Virus record (IMG/VR): IMGVR_UViG_2634166419_000001
Coordinates: 9,824 to 73,823 of that record
From: a virus
Lineage: Duplodnaviria > Caudoviricetes
Strand: one strand, 5' to 3'
Length of the DNA: 64,000 nucleotides
Part shown: positions 58,281-64,000 of the stretch, piece after piece
Layout: the number at the start of each line of letters is the position of its first letter
How positions within the stretch are numbered: position 1 is the first letter of the stretch
The notes under the pieces: model-generated
Seen by the model: the letters and a program-made list of their open reading frames with translations, nothing else
Database searches by the model: none
Told to the model about the DNA's origin: nothing
Translations under genes and position numbers: made by a program

Positions 58281-59059
58281 TAACCTTACTAGAGTTAAAG
58301 GAGTTACTGCCTACCTGGTACACGGGTCTATTAGAGTTTGAGACGCTGATGCAAATCGAACAGCACTTGTTAGAGGACCTCGTGGCTAGTATCGAGCGCG
58401 CACAAGGCAACTTGTATGTATCGACTGCAGATAGTGAGACGATTGCACTCTACGAGCGCATGTTACGTATTACTAGACAAGCTGATGACACGTTAGACAT
58501 GCGACGCTTTAGAGTATTAACTCGCCTAGCTAGTCAAAAGCCGTACACGATACGTTATTTGACTGAGATGTTAAACAGTATCGGTACAGATATTACAGTC
58601 ACCTGCTTGTATGATGAGTACACTTTGCTCATTAACAGCGCGTTTGAACGTAAAGGGCAGATGGTTGATGTTGATTATTTAATCCGGACGATTGTCCCAG
58701 CTAACCTGCAGGTAGACGTCCGTAACGTGTTACGGAGCAACGCGGCCAATCTAAAATTAAAACAAGCGTCGGCTTTGACTAGCGATGAGGTGATTTACAT
58801 TACCCACGACTTTACGAGTCAACAACATACGCAGCAGGTCTTGGTCGCAGCAGCTGCTAACGTAGCTGTTGGTCAAGCTACCTTAACGCATGACTTTAAG
58901 ACCGGTCAAAGCACAACGGTTAGTGCTGTCATCGGAGGTGGCTCGACCACCGTTGCTACATTAACAAGTACACAAGATTATAAGTCTGTAATTACTATCT
59001 CAGACACATTAGACACTGCTGGAGGAGTAGTAACGGCAGACTTTTACACTATTGATTAA
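58277..59059 (+). CDS. Baseplate protein (XkdU / DUF2313-like)
   Basis: LPTWY...TLDMRRFRVL...IVPANL. Confidence 0.78.
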   Translation: MITLLELKELLPTWYTGLLEFETLMQIEQHLLEDLVASIERAQGNLYVSTADSETIALYERMLRITRQADDTLDMRRFRVLTRLASQKPYTIRYLTEMLNSIGTDITVTCLYDEYTLLINSAFERKGQMVDVDYLIRTIVPANLQVDVRNVLRSNAANLKLKQASALTSDEVIYITHDFTSQQHTQQVLVAAAANVAVGQATLTHDFKTGQSTTVSAVIGGGSTTVATLTSTQDYKSVITISDTLDTAGGVVTADFYTID

Positions 59060-59074
59060 GGAGAGTGAGTAGAG

Positions 59075-60841
59075 TTGGAATTAAACCAATCAGTAATTAC
59101 TAACAAGGGGCGCACGCTAATGGCCAAGCTGTTATCAGGCCGTGCGACGGCTACCTTTACAAAAATCTCAATTAGCTCGACGGTTTACGCATCTGGAGAC
59201 CTAGCTGCCTTAACGGCCTTATCTAACGTTAAGCAGACAGCTACCTGCCAAGCTAAACCTAATAACGGGGCTACCGTGAGCGTGGAGGCAGCATTTAACA
59301 ATACCGGTCTTACCGCAGGCTACGATGTCAACACGATCGGTGTTTACGCCACAGATCCTGATGAGGGTGAGATTTTATATGCTGTGGCCACAGCTAAGCA
59401 AAATGGCTACATGCCTGCAGATACTGGTGTAAGTAAAACGGGCTTAACCGTCGCCTTTTATACAGAGGTCGGTAACGCGAGTCAAGTCAACTTAACGGTT
59501 GAACCTGGAGCAGTAGCAACCAAATTAGACGTTAAAAATCTACAGGCCAATATCGAGGACTTACAAGGCTTTGTCGGTTACAATGATGCCGATGTTTATG
59601 GCGTTGAGGTAGATATGGTTAATAAGACCTTTAAACGTTTAGCCGGTGCAGTTAATCGTACACCGGGGGCAGGCTTTGATAGCATTAAAGCCTTTGGTGG
59701 CCGTAAACGTTGTATTTTAACTAATGAGGGTAAGGTCGTTGCTTATTACGGCGAGCCTGGATATACCGAGACCGGAGCGCTCTTACAGCAAGTATCAAAA
59801 GGATCTGATACGTTTACTGTTGGGACTAAAGTGCAAGTGATGGTCGAGCAGCCATTATTCTATTACAAGGTGAGTCCAATCGAGCTTGCACCGATTACTG
59901 ACGGTAAAGGTTACCACATGCGCAAAGGGCGCTACTATGTATCGGATAAGCCTAAAGCAGGTTTTAAAATACATCCAGCCTTTATCGTCAACGGAGCTGT
60001 TAAGGACAAGATTTACTTATCTGCTTATGAGGGCTGCATTTACGATGTATCAACTAATAGCTACGTATTAAATGACGAGCAGATTGCAGATTTTGATAAT
60101 GATATGTTATCTAGTATCGCAGGGGCTAAGCCTGCGAGCGGCTTAACACAAAACTTGACACGTGCGAACGTACGTAAGCTTGCACAAAAACGTGGTACGG
60201 GATGGCAGCAAGCTTATGCTGCAACAATTTCAGCTACACAGTTGTTATTTTTAGTTGAATATGCTAAATTTAATATGCAAGATGTTTTAGGTCCAGGCGC
60301 GACAGGTAAAACAGATGATAGTACCTCTAACTTGGCTGAACCTACAGGGGCTACTACAACGTTAGGCAATCAGTCTGGTCATGTGACAAATGGCAACAAT
60401 ATCCAAATTGTATCGTATCGTGGTGAGGAGAACCTGTACGGTAATATTTGGAAATTTATCGATGGAATTAACGTCATGGCCAATGGTATCCATGCAGCGT
60501 ATGTGGCCGACCACGACTTTAACGACAAGCAAAGCACGGGCAGTTACGCAGATGTCGGCTTTACTTTAGCCAAGACAAATGGCTACGTTAGCGCATTTGG
60601 TTACAGTCCAGAGTTTGACTGGCTATTTTTAACGTCAGAAACAACAGGTAACTCAAGCGTTCCTGTCGGGGACTACTTCTGGCAAAACTACGCAGCTACC
60701 GATGATGGCGGCTGGAGAACCGTTCAGCTCGGTGCGAATTGGGACGGTGGCTCTGTTGCGGGTGGTTTCCGCTGGCGTGTGAGTGATCCGTCGGTTAATC
60801 GGGGCCGTGGTCTGTCGGGGCGCCTGGTGTATGCGGCCTAA
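59075..60841 (+). CDS. Tail fibre / receptor-binding protein; DGR target with a C-terminal CLec-like domain
   Basis: Fibre-type N-terminus (ITNKGRTLMAK); GEENLYGNIW; C-terminal GANW...GRL encoded by the VR. Confidence 0.9.
   Translation: MELNQSVITNKGRTLMAKLLSGRATATFTKISISSTVYASGDLAALTALSNVKQTATCQAKPNNGATVSVEAAFNNTGLTAGYDVNTIGVYATDPDEGEILYAVATAKQNGYMPADTGVSKTGLTVAFYTEVGNASQVNLTVEPGAVATKLDVKNLQANIEDLQGFVGYNDADVYGVEVDMVNKTFKRLAGAVNRTPGAGFDSIKAFGGRKRCILTNEGKVVAYYGEPGYTETGALLQQVSKGSDTFTVGTKVQVMVEQPLFYYKVSPIELAPITDGKGYHMRKGRYYVSDKPKAGFKIHPAFIVNGAVKDKIYLSAYEGCIYDVSTNSYVLNDEQIADFDNDMLSSIAGAKPASGLTQNLTRANVRKLAQKRGTGWQQAYAATISATQLLFLVEYAKFNMQDVLGPGATGKTDDSTSNLAEPTGATTTLGNQSGHVTNGNNIQIVSYRGEENLYGNIWKFIDGINVMANGIHAAYVADHDFNDKQSTGSYADVGFTLAKTNGYVSAFGYSPEFDWLFLTSETTGNSSVPVGDYFWQNYAATDDGGWRTVQLGANWDGGSVAGGFRWRVSDPSVNRGRGLSGRLVYAA
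60722..60829 (+). repeat. DGR variable repeat (VR)
   Basis: 108-nt ungapped match to 60920-61027; all 20 differences lie at TR adenines. Confidence 0.96.
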
Positions 60842-60919
60842 TTAAACAACTTGTTGGCAATAATACGATAGCAGTTTAACGATTAAAAAACTTTCCTTTG
60901 CTCCCGTTTTGGGCCTGCC

Positions 60920-61027
60920 GTTCAACTCGGTACGAATTGGAACAATGGCTCTAATGCGGGTGGTTTCAACTGGAATGTGAATAATCCGTCGGTTAATCGG
61001 AACCGTAATCTGTCAGGGCACCTGGTA
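60920..61027 (+). ncRNA. DGR template repeat (TR)
   Basis: Non-coding copy of the VR with 11 AAY codons and 28 adenines. Confidence 0.96.
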
Positions 61028-61160
61028 CATGCAATACACTTAAAAATAACCTTTAGCCCTATTGCCATGCCTCTTGGCAAAACATAGATTTTAAGTTACC
61101 CCCGTGTGAGTAGCACGGTCGAAAGCGCGGGAAACTTGCATACAAAGGAGCGATTAAATT

Positions 61161-62204
61161 TTGAAAAGAGTCGGACATTTGTACGCTCAAATTACAGATA
61201 TACACAATCTAGCTTTAGCACATCAACATGCTAAACGCGGAAAAGGCTGGTATAGAGAGGTGTTAGCGATTGACGCAAACCCTGAGCCTTACTTAACTAA
61301 ATTACAGACACAATTACTCACTCGGACCTATCAAACGAGTGAGTATTTTACTTTTACCAAGCGTGAGGGTAAAAAGGAGCGCTTGATTTACAAGCTACCC
61401 TACTATCCTGATCGCGTGTGTCAATGGGCAATTATCCAAGTCATTGAGCCGTATCTTTTAAAATATATGACGGACGATACGTACTCAGCCCTGCCTGGTC
61501 GAGGGATACATTCTTGCTTGGCCAAAGTGCAAAAGGCCATGCGCAAGGATCCAGAGGAGACTAAGTATTGTCTTAAGATTGATGCGCGTAAATTTTATCC
61601 GTCTATCAATCATGCGATTTTAAAAGCATGCTACCGTCGTTTATTTAAAGATGCGGACTTGCTTTGGCTATTAGACGAGATCATTGACTCGACTCCAGGC
61701 GAGACAGGTATACCGATTGGTAATTATCTGTCTCAATATAGCGGTAACCTCTACTTAGCACGCTTTGACCATTATGTTAAAGAGGTCCTGCAGGTTAAAT
61801 ACTACTACCGCTACATGGACGATATGGTCTTTTTTGGCAGCAGTAAACAAGCGCTGCATCGCCTTAAGCAAGCGGTCGAGCGCTATCTAGCTGAGGAGTT
61901 AAAACTGCAGCTAAAGGATAATTGGCAGGTCTTTCCGACACAAGTAAGAGGAGTAGACTTTGTCGGCTATCGCATTTTTAAAGACTACACGCTGCTGCGT
62001 AAGTCAACTGCGCTTAATTTTAAAAAGCGTATGCGTGCCATCAATAAAAAAGTTAAGCAAGGCCAACCTTTAAGCGATAGCGATTATGCCTCTATCCAGG
62101 CCTATCGCGGCTGGCTAAACCACTGTAATAGCTACAGATTGACGCGTAAATATCTCACTCCTTTAACAGCAGCTATCGCTGCGTACGAAACTAAAAAATC
62201 ATAA
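61161..62204 (+). CDS. DGR reverse transcriptase
   Basis: KERLI, PDRVCQ, GRGIH, LKID...FYPSI, GIPIGNYLSQ, YRYMDD, DFVGY; AAAGGAG RBS with TTG start. Confidence 0.96.
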   Translation: MKRVGHLYAQITDIHNLALAHQHAKRGKGWYREVLAIDANPEPYLTKLQTQLLTRTYQTSEYFTFTKREGKKERLIYKLPYYPDRVCQWAIIQVIEPYLLKYMTDDTYSALPGRGIHSCLAKVQKAMRKDPEETKYCLKIDARKFYPSINHAILKACYRRLFKDADLLWLLDEIIDSTPGETGIPIGNYLSQYSGNLYLARFDHYVKEVLQVKYYYRYMDDMVFFGSSKQALHRLKQAVERYLAEELKLQLKDNWQVFPTQVRGVDFVGYRIFKDYTLLRKSTALNFKKRMRAINKKVKQGQPLSDSDYASIQAYRGWLNHCNSYRLTRKYLTPLTAAIAAYETKKS

Positions 62205-62221
62205 AAAAAGAGGTGATCTAC

Positions 62222-62467
62222 ATGATCGAGCACGGTAAAGTAGAGAGTACAGTACAGCCACAAGCACTGATGATTGATGATTACAGTGTTTGGGTGGCAA
62301 AAGACATCGAGCAAGTCAAGACAGAGGAGTTTGAGGGCTATCGGTATAGCCTAACACAGTACTCAAAAGACGAGTACATCATGGAGTTGGCTGCGCGAGA
62401 CAATGCAAAAGCAGATGCACTTATGGAGCTATCAGAGTTGGTAGCTGCGATGTCAGGAGGGAATTAA
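62222..62467 (+). CDS. Small tail-fibre-associated protein (XkdW-like position)
   Basis: GAGGTG RBS; coiled C-terminus DALMELSEL; does not resemble Avd by eye. Confidence 0.55.
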   Translation: MIEHGKVESTVQPQALMIDDYSVWVAKDIEQVKTEEFEGYRYSLTQYSKDEYIMELAARDNAKADALMELSELVAAMSGGN

Positions 62468-62468
62468 A

Positions 62469-62633
62469 ATGGTCAACTTTTTTATTTATCAAATCATTGA
62501 CGATCGCTGCACATTGCAGGACATCCATCCACTATGGCGCTCTAAAGTGCAAGCACGTTTAAGGGAGTTAGGTCTTGACGATAACGGTCGGCCACTACCT
62601 ACAGATACTGATGACGAGGGACAAGCGATGTAG
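62469..62633 (+). CDS. XkdX/CD1375-like small protein (not in the ORF track)
   Basis: AGGAGG RBS; TLQDIHPLWRSKVQARL. Confidence 0.65.
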   Translation: MVNFFIYQIIDDRCTLQDIHPLWRSKVQARLRELGLDDNGRPLPTDTDDEGQAM

Positions 62634-62648
62634 CTTGTCTCTTTTTAG

Positions 62649-63008
62649 GTGGTGGCAATATTGATAGACTTTTTAATTAATATTTTAACTAAATCCTACG
62701 AGATTGCCTTGCCTGCGTTACTCGGCTATATCGTATGGCTGTTAAAAGAGCAGCGACGTAAGACAGACCTTGAGGACAAAAAGCGCGAAGATAATAGCAG
62801 AGGGACAATGTTATTATTACGCGTAAAATTGATTGAGTATCACGATGAGTACGTTAAACGAGGACATATCAGCAGCTATGCGTATCAAAATTTTTGTGAA
62901 ATGTATGAAGTTTACCACGCCTTAGGCGGTAATGGCATGATCACGAAAATGATGCACGAGATAGAAGAGCTGCATCTAGGAAACGGAGGAGATCGATATG
63001 AAAATTAA
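62649..63008 (+). CDS. Membrane protein of the lysis module (holin-associated)
   Basis: One TM helix; YHALGGNG motif. Confidence 0.7.
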   Translation: MVAILIDFLINILTKSYEIALPALLGYIVWLLKEQRRKTDLEDKKREDNSRGTMLLLRVKLIEYHDEYVKRGHISSYAYQNFCEMYEVYHALGGNGMITKMMHEIEELHLGNGGDRYEN

Positions 63009-63264
63009 CTGGAAAGTACGGATTAAGAACAAAATGTTTTGGTTGTCAATCATTCCTGCGGTGTTGCTACTCATACAAACGGTAGCGGCGCCATTTGGCT
63101 ATAAGTTTGATTTTGGCGTGCTTAATCAACAGCTAGCCGAGATTATCAACGCCGCTTTTGTTGTGTTGGCCATTTTAGGCGTGGTGGTTGACCCTACCAC
63201 GACAGGCGTTGCTGATAGTACGCAAGCGTTAGGTTATGAGCAACCTAAAAAGGACGGTGAGTAA
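62998..63264 (+). CDS. Holin (phi LC3 family)
   Basis: MKINWKVRIKNKMFW...GVVVDPTT.GVADS. Confidence 0.92.
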   Translation: MKINWKVRIKNKMFWLSIIPAVLLLIQTVAAPFGYKFDFGVLNQQLAEIINAAFVVLAILGVVVDPTTTGVADSTQALGYEQPKKDGE

Positions 63265-63265
63265 A

Positions 63266-64000
63266 ATGATAGATATTAACAAAGCTATTGATTATATGTA
63301 TCAACTTAAAAATCGTGGTGTTACTTACAGTATGTCAGGTAGTCGTATCGGTACAGACGGGACAGCAGATTGTAGTGGAGCAGTATACATTTCATTGGTT
63401 AAAGGTGGAGCAAAGCCACACAGTTACCCAGTTAATACAGAGTCAGAACACGCTTGGTTGATTGCCAACGGCTTTGAGTTGATTGCATTTAATAAGGAGT
63501 GGAATATGCAACGTGGAGATGTGTTGATTTTCGGACTCAAAGGACAATCCGCAGGCGCTGGAGGACATACGGCTATTGCAGTCGACCAAAACAACGTAAT
63601 CCATTGTAATTACGCTCACAATGGGGTTAGTGTTAATCCGGAAACCACTATGCCGTATAGCATGGGTTGGTACGTTTATCGTTATAAAGGTGCCAAACCT
63701 AATCCACAACCACAACCACAACCACAACCACAAACAAAACCACAACCTACAGGCATTCACTGGATTAAAGAAGAATGGCGATTTACATTAAGCGAACGCA
63801 TTAAATTGCGAACTGCTCCGAATACATCAGCTACGATCATTGCAGAATTGCAACCAGGTGATGTAGTTAAATATGATGCATATTGCTATAACGGCGGCTA
63901 CGTGTGGATTCGTCAAAAGCGTGGAAATGGCTATGGGTATTTAGCTACTGGTCAATGCGTAGGAAACAAACGCACAAGTTACTGGGGGTCGTTTAAATAA
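63266..64000 (+). CDS. Endolysin (Amidase_5 + SH3b)
   Basis: Near-identical to 22154-22870, with a longer PQ linker. Confidence 0.92.
   Translation: MIDINKAIDYMYQLKNRGVTYSMSGSRIGTDGTADCSGAVYISLVKGGAKPHSYPVNTESEHAWLIANGFELIAFNKEWNMQRGDVLIFGLKGQSAGAGGHTAIAVDQNNVIHCNYAHNGVSVNPETTMPYSMGWYVYRYKGAKPNPQPQPQPQPQTKPQPTGIHWIKEEWRFTLSERIKLRTAPNTSATIIAELQPGDVVKYDAYCYNGGYVWIRQKRGNGYGYLATGQCVGNKRTSYWGSFK

Larger units (their letters stand above)
26950..64000. mobile_element. Prophage 2 (temperate, contractile PBSX/Xkd-like tail), integrase to lysin; right end outside the window
   Basis: Complete lysogeny, replication, packaging, head, sheath/tube, baseplate and lysis order; attL position approximate. Confidence 0.93.

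Noticed and set aside
61161-62204. RT as a group II intron, retron or Abi RT
   Set aside because: No maturase/X domain or intron domain V was seen; the SQ motif and the adjacent TR/VR pair identify a DGR RT.
62213-62467. Downstream small ORF as Avd
   Set aside because: It is short and acidic with a beta-like N-terminus and is paired with an XkdX-like gene, whereas Avd is a basic four-helix bundle. Not confirmed by HMM.

Overview
This window comes from a low-GC Firmicute, probably Enterococcus-like (inferred from the truB-ribF-hemW block and the phage gene content). It holds two co-oriented prophages separated by only about 4 kb of host DNA. Prophage 1 (1 to ~23.1 kb, left part outside the window) is a siphovirus. 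Its tape-measure gene is split by a 910-nt group I intron (12114-13023) that encodes an HNH homing endonuclease. Prophage 2 (~26.95 kb to the window end) runs from integrase to lysin and has a PBSX/Xkd-like contractile tail. It carries a compact diversity-generating retroelement (DGR): a tail-fibre VR at 60722-60829, a TR at 60920-61027 with 20/20 mismatches at TR adenines, an RT at 61161-62204, and no avd gene. Other notable signals are: a DNA methyltransferase broken at a G6 tract; an identical GC-rich 14-mer in the integrase leader and just after the xis-like gene; an RBS-sequestering switch upstream of ltp; an IS605-family right-end (omegaRNA-like) remnant; pseudoknots before both scaffold genes; several promoter-terminator sRNA units; and near-identical modules shared by the two phages. 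All calls are from manual reading of the sequence; no database searches or folding programs were run.
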